Origin: Candidatus Woesearchaeota archaeon
Lineage (GTDB): Archaea > Nanobdellota > Nanobdellia > Woesearchaeales > GW2011-AR15
NCBI GenBank assembly: GCA_038874655.1
Contig: JAVZBY010000002.1
Coordinates: 210,044-274,043, forward strand
Direction: 5' to 3'
Length of the DNA stretch: 64,000 nucleotides
The position numbers and the translations under genes are program-made. Under the pieces are notes generated by a model, which was not told where the DNA came from, did not search any database, and saw only the letters and a program-made list of their open reading frames with translations. Below, piece by piece: positions 31,191-42,098 of the stretch. Within the stretch, counting starts at the first letter, position 1. Every line of letters begins with the position of its first letter.

Positions 31191-32852
31191 TTAAGCTTCT
31201 ACCCAATATAATGTGCTTGCAGGTCCCATCTTATATCTATAATAAGTTTCCCATGCTGCTTCTGCAGCAAAATGTACTGCTCTATGTTCTTCTACATGTT
31301 CTTTATAACCATGACTATGTTTCTCAGATTTTTTTTCAGGTTTTTTTTCAGCAGGTCCTTTAGGTGGACTAAAAGATGTAAATATCTCTTTAAAACCATC
31401 TACAACATCCATAAAAGGAGCAAATAATTCAAACCTTTTTTTCTTTTCTTCTTTTTTTTCTTCTTCTTTTTCATCACCAAATTTCAAACTTGGATCAGCT
31501 TCTTTCAAGTATTTTTTTAAATCATCTCCTAATGCATCCATAGCATCTTGAACAGATTTATCAATAAGTGTCATTAAGTCTATATCATCTTCTTGTCTAT
31601 ATTTTATATAATTTTTAATCTTTTTATCATCCCAAGCATATGCTCTTAAAGTTATATCAGCCATACCAGTATAAATCGGACCTTTATGTTGATATTCATA
31701 ACTATGATATGCCAATTCTGGTTTAACTCTGTAAAAAATATGTAATGATAACACAGGATATGCAACCTTAAAATCTTGTCTTATAAATAATGTTTCAATC
31801 TCAATAATTTGAGTTTCAAATGACTGTATAATATGAGGATTATCCATATTTTTTTCATATAATTTTAATCTTCTTAAATTTCTTAAATATGGCTTAACCC
31901 AAGACATATACATTCTTATTGTTTCATAATGTTGTTTCATATATTTTATTTCAAAATCTCTTCTAACCAATAATTCCTTTTTTGTTCTTCTTTTCCATTC
32001 ATAATACTGCCTTAATTTTCTCTTTAAAACCTCTCTAACTTTAGCATTAAACTTTAATTTATCCACTGTTGATTCAATTTCACTAGGATCTTTTACTTGA
32101 ACTCTAAAAAATAAATCAGGCAGTACACTAAAACCAATTGTATTTGCTAATCCATAAACAGAAGCTGGATTTTTTGCACCGCCTTCTACTTGATCAATCC
32201 ATAAACCTTTTAAAACAATCTCAGAACTTAAAGCACTATTTTTATCTCCTTTTGGATCGCCATCACTGTCATAATAATATTGTAATCTTTCATCTAAAAT
32301 TCTTAATTCTCTAACCATCTGAAACAAACCCTTAATCATATCACTAATCCCTTTAAGATATTGACTAACTTGTGCTTGTTGTGCTCCAATTCTATTTTGC
32401 ATGTTTCCAAACATGCTAGAAGCAACACTATAAGCCATTGTATCAATAACTTTTTCAACCTTATCAAAACCCCATGTTTCACTGATAAATCTCAAAAACC
32501 AGTAATAATGTTGTTCAATATTAAAATTAGGATACTCTAATACTATTCTAAATCTTCTTTCTGGTTTTGGAAACTCAGTTTTCACTAATCTATGTTGAAA
32601 TTTTTCAAACTCTTCTTGTCCACTTTTTTTTACTATCTCTCCTTTCTTATCTGTTTCTACTTTTAAAAATTCATATTCATATAATCTTTTTTCAATAGCA
32701 TCTAATTTCTCTTTTATAACATCTTTCTCACTTTTTAATTTATTTTGTAATTTTCTTAAATCATAATCTAACTCTTTTATGTGATGCTCTATCTCATGAA
32801 TTTCTTCCTCTTTGCTCTTCTTTTTTTTCATAAAAGGCAACTCTAAAGCCAT
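31191..32852 (-). CDS. Hypothetical helical protein
   Basis: 553-aa ORF with GGAGG RBS; first gene of the minus-strand three-gene run. Confidence 0.8.
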   Translation of the reverse strand: MALELPFMKKKKSKEEEIHEIEHHIKELDYDLRKLQNKLKSEKDVIKEKLDAIEKRLYEYEFLKVETDKKGEIVKKSGQEEFEKFQHRLVKTEFPKPERRFRIVLEYPNFNIEQHYYWFLRFISETWGFDKVEKVIDTMAYSVASSMFGNMQNRIGAQQAQVSQYLKGISDMIKGLFQMVRELRILDERLQYYYDSDGDPKGDKNSALSSEIVLKGLWIDQVEGGAKNPASVYGLANTIGFSVLPDLFFRVQVKDPSEIESTVDKLKFNAKVREVLKRKLRQYYEWKRRTKKELLVRRDFEIKYMKQHYETIRMYMSWVKPYLRNLRRLKLYEKNMDNPHIIQSFETQIIEIETLFIRQDFKVAYPVLSLHIFYRVKPELAYHSYEYQHKGPIYTGMADITLRAYAWDDKKIKNYIKYRQEDDIDLMTLIDKSVQDAMDALGDDLKKYLKEADPSLKFGDEKEEEKKEEKKKRFELFAPFMDVVDGFKEIFTSFSPPKGPAEKKPEKKSEKHSHGYKEHVEEHRAVHFAAEAAWETYYRYKMGPASTLYWVEA

Positions 32853-33150
32853 CTAAAGACCCTCCAAATTTTATAACTAACTTTTAAAATAAATTGATTT
32901 TTATATCTTAAATTTGCATACACAATTAAAATCTAAATTAAAGCCAAATATACTTTTTGCTATACTATTATATTATTATAATAAAAAAGGGTATATATAC
33001 TTTTCGCTTTTATATAAATTAAAAAATTTTTTGAAAACTAAAAGGTAGATTATTCATTTTTTATTAAGTTTTCAAAAATTATAAAAAGATAAGAGACATT
33101 CTAATCTAAATTTGAAATTAACTAAACTTAAAAATGCGTTAAGATCTAAA

Positions 33151-34692
33151 ATGTCAAATGAAATTAATATAATTTCTAAGTTTCATCCGTTAGAAAGAAA
33201 AGTTTTTCCTCTTTTAGCTAATGATATCTCTTTAGAAGAACTTTTCTCATTAGCAAAAAATGAAGATCTAAAAGATGTTGAAGTAATGAGAGCAATACAA
33301 TGGCTTGAAAACAAAAATATTTTAAGAACAGAATCAACAGAAAAAGAACTTATCTTCTTAGATAAAAATGGTATTATCTATAAAGAGAGAGGTTTACCTG
33401 AAAAAAGATTTTTAAATGCAATCAAAGATAGTGAGAAAAAATTAAGTGAAATAAAAAATTATTTAGATGAAAAAGAAATAAACATTTCAATAGGAATATT
33501 AAAAAGAAACAATTTAATAGAAATTAAGAAATATGATGAAATGCATTTTTCAATAACAGAATTAGGAAAAAAATATTTATCAGAAAAAACACAGGAAGAG
33601 AAATTCTTAGAAAAAAATTTTCCACTGGATTTTGAGTCATTAACAAATGAAGAGAAACAAATTGCTGACTTACTATTAAAAAGAAAAGAAATTTTAAAAA
33701 AAGAAAAAAAAACATTGAAAAAAGTTTTTTTAACAGAGTTGGGAATAGAATTGAAAAAATTAAAATTAGAAAGTATAGAAATAATAGATAGATTAACACC
33801 TAACGACTTAAAAGAAAAAACATGGAAAAACAAAACATTTAGAGAATATGATGTTGAAATTAATGTTCCAAAAATAAGTGGGGCAAAAAGACACATAACA
33901 TTACAAGCAGTTGAATACATAAAAAGTATTTGGTTAGAATTAGGTTTTAAAGAAATGACAGGGAATTGTGTTCATACTTGTTTTTGGGATTTAGATGCTT
34001 TGTTTGTGCCGCAGGATCATCCTGCAAGAGAAATGCAAGATACTTTTTATTTAAAGCAACCGAAATCAGGAGAAATTAAAGAGAAAGATATTTTAGAGAG
34101 GGTTAAAAAAACACATGAAAATGGTTGGACAACTAATTCCTTAGGTTGGCAAAATCCTTTTTCAATAGATAAATCAAAAGAAAATTTATTAAGAACTCAT
34201 ACAACAGTTTTGAGTGCACAAACACTAGCAAAATTAAAAAAATCAGATTTGCCTGCAAAATTTTTTGCAGTTGGAAAATGCTTTAGAAATGAGACATTAG
34301 ATTGGAAACATTTATTTGAATTTTATCAAGTTGAAGGCATTGTTGTTGATGAAGATGCAAATTTTAGTAATCTTTTAGGCTATTTAAAAGAATTTTTCAA
34401 GAAAATGGGCTACCTTGATGTAAGAATAAGACCAGGCCATTTTCCTTACACAGAACCAAGTGCAGAGGTTGATGTTTATCATCCAATAAGAAAAGAATGG
34501 GTTGAATTAGGAGGCGCAGGAATCTTTAGGCCAGAAGTTGTGAAACCATTAATGGACTTTGAAGTTCCTGTTTTAGCTTGGGGGTTAGGTTTAGACAGAT
34601 TAATAAAAGAATACTGGAAAATAGAAGATATTAGGGATTTATACAAAAATGATTTAAAACAATTAAGAGAATTAAAAATTTGGTTGAAATAA
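33151..34692 (+). CDS. pheS: Phenylalanine--tRNA ligase alpha subunit
   Basis: PQDHPAREMQDTF, LRTHTT, FRNE and FPYTEPS motifs. Confidence 0.98.
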   Translation: MSNEINIISKFHPLERKVFPLLANDISLEELFSLAKNEDLKDVEVMRAIQWLENKNILRTESTEKELIFLDKNGIIYKERGLPEKRFLNAIKDSEKKLSEIKNYLDEKEINISIGILKRNNLIEIKKYDEMHFSITELGKKYLSEKTQEEKFLEKNFPLDFESLTNEEKQIADLLLKRKEILKKEKKTLKKVFLTELGIELKKLKLESIEIIDRLTPNDLKEKTWKNKTFREYDVEINVPKISGAKRHITLQAVEYIKSIWLELGFKEMTGNCVHTCFWDLDALFVPQDHPAREMQDTFYLKQPKSGEIKEKDILERVKKTHENGWTTNSLGWQNPFSIDKSKENLLRTHTTVLSAQTLAKLKKSDLPAKFFAVGKCFRNETLDWKHLFEFYQVEGIVVDEDANFSNLLGYLKEFFKKMGYLDVRIRPGHFPYTEPSAEVDVYHPIRKEWVELGGAGIFRPEVVKPLMDFEVPVLAWGLGLDRLIKEYWKIEDIRDLYKNDLKQLRELKIWLK

Positions 34693-34730
34693 AAAAATTA
34701 TAATTTTAAATTTAAATTAAAAAGATTAAA

Positions 34731-36506
34731 ATGCCAACAATAAAGATTAATAGAAAAGTATTAGAAAGTTTGATAGGAAAAAAACTATCAACAGAGGAAT
34801 TAAAAGACAGAATCTCAATGATAGGAACAGCTCTAGAAGATATAAATGAAAATGAAATTATCGTAGAGGTTTTTCCTAACAGGCCAGATATGTTATCTGA
34901 ACAAGGCTTTGCTCGTGCATTGAGTAGTTTTTTAGGTGTTAAAGGAAAATTTGGCTTAAAAAAATATAAAGTAAATAAGCCATTAAAAGATTACAAGGTC
35001 TATGTTTCAAAAGAAAATTTAAATGTCAGACCTTATACGGCATGTGCTATTGTTAAAAATTTAAAGCTGAATGATGAAAAAATAAAAGAAATTATTCAAA
35101 TCCAGGAAAAATTGCACATAACCTTTTGCAGAAGAAGGAAAAAAGCAGCTATTGGAATTTATCCATTGGATAAAATTAAATTGCCAATTTATTTTGAAGC
35201 AAAAAAACCAAATGAAATTAAATTTAAACCATTAGACACAAATGCTGAGATGACAGCTCTAGAAATTTTAGAAAAACATGATAAAGGTAAAGAATTTAAG
35301 CATTTAGTTGATGGCTTAAATAAATACGCAATATTTAGAGATTCAGCAAATAATATATTAAGTTTTACACCTATAATTAATTCTGATTACACTGGAAAGG
35401 TAGATGAATCAACAAAAGAAGTTTTTATTGAGGTAAGTGGCTTTGATTTAAGAACAAATGTATATGTTTTAAATATTTTAGTTTGTGCATTAGCAGATAT
35501 GTCAGAAGATGTTGAAATTTATCAAATGGAAGTTATTTATCCTTCTAATTATATGGCAATAAAAGCAGAAAACTTTGAAATGAAAAAATCAAAAAACGAT
35601 TACTTATTAATAACACCAAATTTAAAGCCAAGGAAATTAAAATTTGATTTATCTTTTGTTAATAAGTGGCTTGGATTAAGTTTAAATGAAAATGAAGTAA
35701 AAAAATTGCTTGAAAAAATGGGATATGGTTATGAAAAAATAACTAAAAAAGGAAAGATTGAACATATTGCTTTAATTCCTGCTTATAGAGCAGATATTTT
35801 ACATCAAGTTGATTTAACAGAAGATATTGCAATTGCTTATGGCTATGAAAATTTTAAACCTGAAATTCCAAAAAAAGCCACAACTGGAAATGAGGATAGT
35901 TTTGAAAAATTCAAAAAAAAAATTGCATATCTTTTAATTGGATTGGGCTTAATGGAAACAAGTTCATATCATTTGACTAATAAAGAAATTCTTTTAAAAA
36001 TGAATTTAGATGAAAATGATATGAAAGATATTGTTGAGATAGCTGACTCTAAATCAGCAGAACACAATATTTTAAGAAAATCATTATTGCCCAATCTTAT
36101 GGAAATTTTATCAAAAAACACACATAATGAATATCCGCAAAATATTTTTGAAATTGGTATTGTTTTTAATCAAGATAAAAATGAAGAAACAGGTGTCAAA
36201 GAAAAAACAGATTTGGCTGTAGCAATTTCAGATATTAATGCAGATTACACGAAAATAAGGCAGATTTTAGAATATTTATTAAATTCAATTGGATTTAATG
36301 AAAATAACTATCAAATAAAAGAGGCAGAACATAAATCATTTATAAAAGGTAGATGTGCAAAAATAATTCTTAAACTAAATCAAAATGAGCAAGAAATCGG
36401 CTTTTTAGGAGAAATACATCCTAGTGTTTTAGAAAAATTTGGAGTTGAGATGCCTGTTTCTATGCTTGAGATTGAATTAGGTTTTTTATTTACATTTATA
36501 AATTAA
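34731..36506 (+). CDS. pheT: Phenylalanine--tRNA ligase beta subunit
   Basis: PNRPDMLS, RADILHQVDLTEDIAIAYGY and GEIHP motifs. Confidence 0.97.
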   Translation: MPTIKINRKVLESLIGKKLSTEELKDRISMIGTALEDINENEIIVEVFPNRPDMLSEQGFARALSSFLGVKGKFGLKKYKVNKPLKDYKVYVSKENLNVRPYTACAIVKNLKLNDEKIKEIIQIQEKLHITFCRRRKKAAIGIYPLDKIKLPIYFEAKKPNEIKFKPLDTNAEMTALEILEKHDKGKEFKHLVDGLNKYAIFRDSANNILSFTPIINSDYTGKVDESTKEVFIEVSGFDLRTNVYVLNILVCALADMSEDVEIYQMEVIYPSNYMAIKAENFEMKKSKNDYLLITPNLKPRKLKFDLSFVNKWLGLSLNENEVKKLLEKMGYGYEKITKKGKIEHIALIPAYRADILHQVDLTEDIAIAYGYENFKPEIPKKATTGNEDSFEKFKKKIAYLLIGLGLMETSSYHLTNKEILLKMNLDENDMKDIVEIADSKSAEHNILRKSLLPNLMEILSKNTHNEYPQNIFEIGIVFNQDKNEETGVKEKTDLAVAISDINADYTKIRQILEYLLNSIGFNENNYQIKEAEHKSFIKGRCAKIILKLNQNEQEIGFLGEIHPSVLEKFGVEMPVSMLEIELGFLFTFIN

Positions 36507-36512
36507 TTTATT

Positions 36513-37251
36513 TTAATATTTTTTGAATTGCTCTAAGATATTTTCTGCTACAAAGTTACCAAAATTTCTTATTTTATTTCTTGGTGTTAAATATAATCTT
36601 TGTAAAACTTCTACATTAGTTAATCCTGAAGGTAAATTATCATACATATCAAGCCATTCTTGACTTGCTTGTTCCAGTAAATTATAATATTCTTGTCTAT
36701 CTTTAGAATTAATATTAAATGGATAACTATGAGTTTGATAAGGAATAGTATTTTGTAATAATCTAAAAGTTCTTCCATTACCATCCATAAAAGGATGAAT
36801 TCTGACTCCTGCAAAATGAACTAAAATAGATTTTTCTAAAGGATTGATATTTTTCTTGTAAAATCATTTCAATATATTGCATATGGTAAGGAACTTTCTC
36901 AGGAGAGGGAACAGAAACATTTGAGCCTTGTATAAACACTCTTTTATCTCTAAAACCTTCTCCAAATTGTCCTTGCGTTATTATATAATTTACTTTAATT
37001 ATGTCCTCAACTGTCCAAGTAGAATATTGTTTTTGATTCAAATATAAAAAAGCCTCTTCAGCAGCTTTATAACCCTGTTTTCTAAATTTTTTGTTAGTTT
37101 CTTCAAAATCTTCTGATTTTTTATTTGCAGCTTCAATTGCTTTTTCTAACCTGTTTCTTATTAAAAGACATCTTTTATTAGATAGCCCTTTTATATAAGA
37201 CAAAATATCCTGATAAATTTTATTATCAACAATACCTATATAATTCCACAT
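36513..37251 (-). pseudogene. Fic-domain protein split by a one-base frameshift near 36850
   Basis: The upstream ORF carries FRDKRVFIQGS..VP.PEKVP. The +1 frame continues INPLEKSILVHFAGVRIHPFMDGNGRTFRLL. Deleting one A from an A5 run joins the two frames. Confidence 0.85.
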
Positions 37252-37375
37252 TTTTTTTGAAAAAAAATTAAGTTTTTTTTAAAAATATAGGTTGGTTTCT
37301 TTTTTTAAATAAATAATATTATACTAATCAATAATGATAACATTTAAATATAAATACTAATTACTAATTAGTATT

Positions 37376-38653
37376 ATGGAAAAAGAAATATTAAGGCAAA
37401 TTGTGTATAGGCAAAAAAACCAAATTTCAAATTTAAATAAAGAGAATTATGTTGAGAGAGAAATATTAAAACAAATTATTACTTTTTTAAATGATGATAG
37501 AATATTAATTTTAACAGGCATAAGAAGAAGTGGAAAATCTACAATACTAAAATTAATTATGGCTCATTTAAAAGAAAATTTAAGTTATTGTTATGTTAAT
37601 TTTGAAGATGAAAGGTTTATTAATTTTAAAGCAGAAGAATTTGAATTACTAAATGAAGTTCTAATTGAGGTTTATGGCAATTCTAATTATTATTTTTTTG
37701 ATGAAATTCAGAATATAGAAAAATTTGAATTATTTATAAGAAGACTTCAAGATGAAAATAAAAAAATAATTATAACTGGTTCAAATGCTTCATTATTAAG
37801 CAAAGAATTAGGAACAAGGTTAACAGGCAGATATAAATTATTTGAAATATATCCCTTTTCTTTTATTGAATTCTTAAGATACAATAACTTTAAAATTTTT
37901 CCTAAAAATGAGCAACTTTATAATATTGAAAAAAAAGTGCAATTGCAAAAATTATTTCAAGAATATATGATATTTGGAGGTTTTCCTGAATATTTAAAAA
38001 ACAAGGATAAGGATTATATTAAAACCCTTTTTGAAAATATATTATATAGGGACATTATTGTTAGATATTCACTAAAAAAAGAAAAGATATTAAAAGATCT
38101 AATAAATATATTATCAACAAATGTCTCTTCATTAATAACCTATAATTCTCTAAAAGAAACATTAAATTTAGCGAATGCTATAAGTGTAAAAGAATATATT
38201 AATTATTTAAGCAATAGCTATTTATTCTTTGAAGTACTAAAATTTTCTTTTTCATTAAATAAGCAATTAAAAAATCCAAGAAAAATATATCTAATAGACC
38301 CAAGTTTTATTGAAATTTTTGGCTATAACTTTTCAAATAATTTTGGAAAAATATTTGAAAACATTATATTTTTAGAATTAAAGAGGCAAAACAAAGATTT
38401 ATTTTATTTTTCAAATAAACATGAATGTGATTTTGTTGTAAAAGAAAACAAAAAAATAACAAATCTAATTCAAGTATGCTATACTCTAAATGAGGCAAAC
38501 AAAGAAAGAGAAATTAATGGCTTATTAGAAGCAATGAACTTTTTTAATATAGAAGAAGGATTAATTATAACATTAGAGCAATATGATGTTTTAAAAATAA
38601 ATAATAAAAAAATTAAAATAATTCCTTTTATAAAATGGATTTTTAGCAATTAA
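37376..38653 (+). CDS. AAA_14/DUF4143 ATP-binding protein
   Basis: GIRRSGKST Walker A, FFDEIQ, ITGS, GGFPE and C-terminal ECDFV..IQV. Confidence 0.92.
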   Translation: MEKEILRQIVYRQKNQISNLNKENYVEREILKQIITFLNDDRILILTGIRRSGKSTILKLIMAHLKENLSYCYVNFEDERFINFKAEEFELLNEVLIEVYGNSNYYFFDEIQNIEKFELFIRRLQDENKKIIITGSNASLLSKELGTRLTGRYKLFEIYPFSFIEFLRYNNFKIFPKNEQLYNIEKKVQLQKLFQEYMIFGGFPEYLKNKDKDYIKTLFENILYRDIIVRYSLKKEKILKDLINILSTNVSSLITYNSLKETLNLANAISVKEYINYLSNSYLFFEVLKFSFSLNKQLKNPRKIYLIDPSFIEIFGYNFSNNFGKIFENIIFLELKRQNKDLFYFSNKHECDFVVKENKKITNLIQVCYTLNEANKEREINGLLEAMNFFNIEEGLIITLEQYDVLKINNKKIKIIPFIKWIFSN

Positions 38654-38693
38654 AAGGTTTAATTTTAAATATAAGTTCTATTCTTTAAAAAAA

Positions 38694-39041
38694 ATGAATT
38701 TAATCCAAATTATAGAAGATTTAACTTCTAATTATGCAACCGAGTTAGATAGAACTTGCAATCCAAACAGAATAGAGGATTTTGATTGCGATAAATTTAC
38801 ACAAGGTTTTTATAAATTACTTAAACAAAATGGAATTGATAGTTTTATTTACTGGACAGATAAAGATGGAGAAGGTTTCATGTATTTTGTTAATGTTGTT
38901 CCTTTAGGTAATGATACATATAGAATTTATGACTTTACAAGAGAAAATCCATTAGTAGCAATCTTAAATAAAGATCAAATAACAAATTTTCTGCATGATA
39001 AATATGGTGGAAATTGGCAACCACGAGAAGGAATCTACTAA
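38694..39041 (+). CDS. Hypothetical protein
   Basis: 115-aa ORF with TTTAAATATA 30 nt upstream. Confidence 0.65.
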   Translation: MNLIQIIEDLTSNYATELDRTCNPNRIEDFDCDKFTQGFYKLLKQNGIDSFIYWTDKDGEGFMYFVNVVPLGNDTYRIYDFTRENPLVAILNKDQITNFLHDKYGGNWQPREGIY

Positions 39042-39068
39042 AATAATTAACAACTTGTAATAATTAAA

Positions 39069-39842
39069 CTACCCAATATAACTCACATCCTCTTTCTTAC
39101 TTTTTCCAACTTTCAATAATTCATCTGCAATTTTTAATTTGGATTCAAATGCTTTTATTTCAGAATCTAAGTTTTTCATATTCAATTTTAATTCAAATTT
39201 TTTTTCTAAAATATTTAAAATATTTTTAGCTCCTTTTAAACCAACATACATAGGATGCCCAAAAGTTTCAGATAATAAACAGATTCCTTTTATTTTTCTT
39301 TCTTCAGCTAAACCTAATAAAACACCGGAAACACCAATAATAGGCCCAACAACACCATAAACATCTTTTTTTAATTCTTTTTCTAAATCTTTTGAAAATT
39401 CCTCAATTTTTTCTTTATTGTTTCCTGTAATATAAACTTTCGGATTTTTAGGAATGTTTTGTAATCCAATCCCTCCTAATGTTATAATAAAGTTTCCTTT
39501 ATTCTCAACAAAATAATCCAAGACACTATCACAAAAACTATAACAACCAATTTCATCAATCGGTTGGCTGTCTCCTGTTAATATTAGAAAATTTAATTTA
39601 CTCTTTTCTTTATAAAACATCTCAATTTTAGGCATCTCAATTAAATTATTTTCATTTACAAAAACAGAATTAGGCATTCTATATGAAAAAAATTCAACAA
39701 TTTTTTTAGCTTTTAATTGTTCAATCAAAACATCAGCAACAACTTTTCCAACATTCGCTATTCCTGGCAAGCCAACTATTAAAATGGAATTGCTTATATC
39801 TGTTTTCTCAATTTCTTTAACTAACCACTCATTTTTGTTCAT
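39069..39842 (-). CDS. PAC2 family proteasome assembly chaperone
   Basis: GLPGIANVGK, GDSQP, ITLGG, IIGVSGVLLG and C-terminal YIG. Confidence 0.9.
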   Translation of the reverse strand: MNKNEWLVKEIEKTDISNSILIVGLPGIANVGKVVADVLIEQLKAKKIVEFFSYRMPNSVFVNENNLIEMPKIEMFYKEKSKLNFLILTGDSQPIDEIGCYSFCDSVLDYFVENKGNFIITLGGIGLQNIPKNPKVYITGNNKEKIEEFSKDLEKELKKDVYGVVGPIIGVSGVLLGLAEERKIKGICLLSETFGHPMYVGLKGAKNILNILEKKFELKLNMKNLDSEIKAFESKLKIADELLKVGKSKKEDVSYIG

Positions 39843-40019
39843 TTTAATTTTTATTAAAATTAATCATTTTAAATAGATTTCTATATCTAAAATCAAAAAA
39901 TTTATAACCTTTAACAAAAAATTTAATAATCATTGTTATTTTATTTAATAGCAATCTTATTTATAATTAAGAAATTTGTATTTAAAAAAGTAATGTCTAA
40001 AAAAGGTTTGGGTGGTTAG

Positions 40020-40277
40020 ATGGCTAAAACATATACATTACAACATGATAGAGTTAATTGTATTGGTTGTGGTGCATGTGCAACAATTGCTCCTAAATTT
40101 TGGGAAATGAATGATGATGGTAAATCTGATATTATTGGAGGAAAATCAAAAGAAAATGGATGGCAAGAAAGGAAAATAAATCAAGAGGACTTTGATATTA
40201 ATTTAGAAGCAGCAGAAAGTTGTCCTGTTGAAGTTATTCATTTAATTGATGATGAAAGTGGTAAAAAAATCATATAA
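40020..40277 (+). CDS. Monocluster ferredoxin
   Basis: CIGCGAC...AAESCP motif. Confidence 0.92.
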   Translation: MAKTYTLQHDRVNCIGCGACATIAPKFWEMNDDGKSDIIGGKSKENGWQERKINQEDFDINLEAAESCPVEVIHLIDDESGKKII

Positions 40278-40335
40278 TAAAATTTCTAATAAAGGAAATT
40301 TTCATAAAAAAATTATAAAAAAAGAGGATGATAAA

Positions 40336-42081
40336 ATGATTAATAAAGTAGCTTTAAAAGCAGGTGGTCCAGCAGGAAGTGGTGTTTTTACTATTGGTGC
40401 AATGTTTGCTCGTAGTGTTCAAAAAATGGGATTATATGTTTTTTACACAGCAGAATATCCTTCTTTAATTAAAGGTGGTCATAATTCTTGTTATGTAAGA
40501 GCAGAAGACGAAGAAGTTCATAGTCAAATAAAAACCTGTGATATTTTAGTTGCATTAGATAAGATTACAATAGATAAACACTTTAATGAACTAACAAACA
40601 ATGGGGCTATAATCTATGATTCTGAGTTAATAAAAAAAGAAGAAATAAACATAAATAGAAATGACTTAATTTTATTGCCAGTTCCTTTTTATTCATTAGG
40701 GAAAGAATTAGGAAATAAACTTTATGGTAATATTGTTGCTTTAGGTGTCATTGCTGGCTTAATAAATATAGATTTAGAAAAGATAAATATAGCTTTGGAA
40801 AAACAATTTGAAAAAAAGAAAGGTTCTGAAATAGCAGAGATAAATAAAAAAGCAGCTAAATTAGGTTATGACTATTTCATGAATAATTTTAAAATTGATT
40901 TCAAAGTTAAATTACAGAAAATAAATAGAGAACCAACAATTTTGTTATCAGGAAATGAAGCTGCCTCAATTGGCGCAATAAAAGCTGGCACAAAATTTGT
41001 TGCAGAATATCCAATGACTCCCTCTTCTGGTGTTTTACATTTTATGGCTGCACAAGAGCATAATTATAATATTGTTGTTAAACATACTGAAGATGAAATT
41101 GCAGCAATAAATATGCTTACAGGTAGTTCAATGGCAGGAGCAAGATCTTTAACTGCAACTTCAGGTGGTGGACTTTCTTTAATGGTTGAAGCTCTTGGAA
41201 TGGCTGGCTTAAGTGAAACACCTTTAGTTATAATTGAAAGCCAAAGAACAGGCCCAAGTACAGGAATGCCAACTTATACAGAACAATCAGATTTAAGATT
41301 TGTTTTACATGCATCGCAAGGAGAATTTCCAAGATTAGTTGTTGCCCCTGGTGATCAAGAAGAAGCCTTTTATGAAACCTTTAAAATGTTTAATTTAACA
41401 GACAGAGTTCAAACACCAGGCATAATTTTATTGGATAAACATGTTTCAGAATCCTCTAAAACAATAAAACCATTTGATACAGCTAATCTAAAAATAGAGA
41501 GAGGAAAATTATTAAAATATGAAGAAGCAGAAAAACAAATTGATTATAAAAGATATAAATTAACAGAAGATGGCATATCTCCAAGATCAATTCCAGGACA
41601 GCCAAATTGTTTTTATGTTTCAACAAGTTATGAGCATGATGAAACAAGTTTTAGTTGTGAAGAAAGTCATAATAGAATAATGCAAGTTGAAAAAAGAGCT
41701 AAAAAATTAAAAGCAATAAAAGATGAAGAAATAGCACCAAAAATATTTGGTGATGAAAAACCAGATTTAACAATTGTTTCCTGGGGTTCTAATAAAGGCA
41801 TGATACTAGAAGCAATGAAATGGCTAAAAAATGATGGTTTTAAAGTAAATTTTATGCATATTCTTTGGATAAATCCTTTTCCAGTAAAAAAAGTTTCAGA
41901 GGTTTTATCAAAAGCAAAAAAAACTTTAATAGTTGAAGGAAATAGTGAAGCACAAATGCGTGGCTTAATAAGAGAAAAAACTGGCTTTTTCATTGAAAAC
42001 ACATTATTAAAGTATGATGGAAGACCTTTTGATCCAGAAGAAATTTATCAAAAAGCAAAGGAATTATTATTGAAAAAATAA
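40336..42081 (+). CDS. 2-oxoacid:ferredoxin oxidoreductase alpha (gamma-fused) subunit
   Basis: GGPAGSG, YPMTPSS, EDEIAA, TATSGGG and RTGPSTGMPT motifs. Confidence 0.95.
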   Translation: MINKVALKAGGPAGSGVFTIGAMFARSVQKMGLYVFYTAEYPSLIKGGHNSCYVRAEDEEVHSQIKTCDILVALDKITIDKHFNELTNNGAIIYDSELIKKEEININRNDLILLPVPFYSLGKELGNKLYGNIVALGVIAGLINIDLEKINIALEKQFEKKKGSEIAEINKKAAKLGYDYFMNNFKIDFKVKLQKINREPTILLSGNEAASIGAIKAGTKFVAEYPMTPSSGVLHFMAAQEHNYNIVVKHTEDEIAAINMLTGSSMAGARSLTATSGGGLSLMVEALGMAGLSETPLVIIESQRTGPSTGMPTYTEQSDLRFVLHASQGEFPRLVVAPGDQEEAFYETFKMFNLTDRVQTPGIILLDKHVSESSKTIKPFDTANLKIERGKLLKYEEAEKQIDYKRYKLTEDGISPRSIPGQPNCFYVSTSYEHDETSFSCEESHNRIMQVEKRAKKLKAIKDEEIAPKIFGDEKPDLTIVSWGSNKGMILEAMKWLKNDGFKVNFMHILWINPFPVKKVSEVLSKAKKTLIVEGNSEAQMRGLIREKTGFFIENTLLKYDGRPFDPEEIYQKAKELLLKK

Positions 42082-42098
42082 ATAAAAGAGGTGTAAAC

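Noticed and set aside
40246-40335. Extended N-terminus of the OFOR alpha subunit overlapping ferredoxin
   Set aside because: The ATG at 40336 follows a GAGG RBS and matches the expected domain start.
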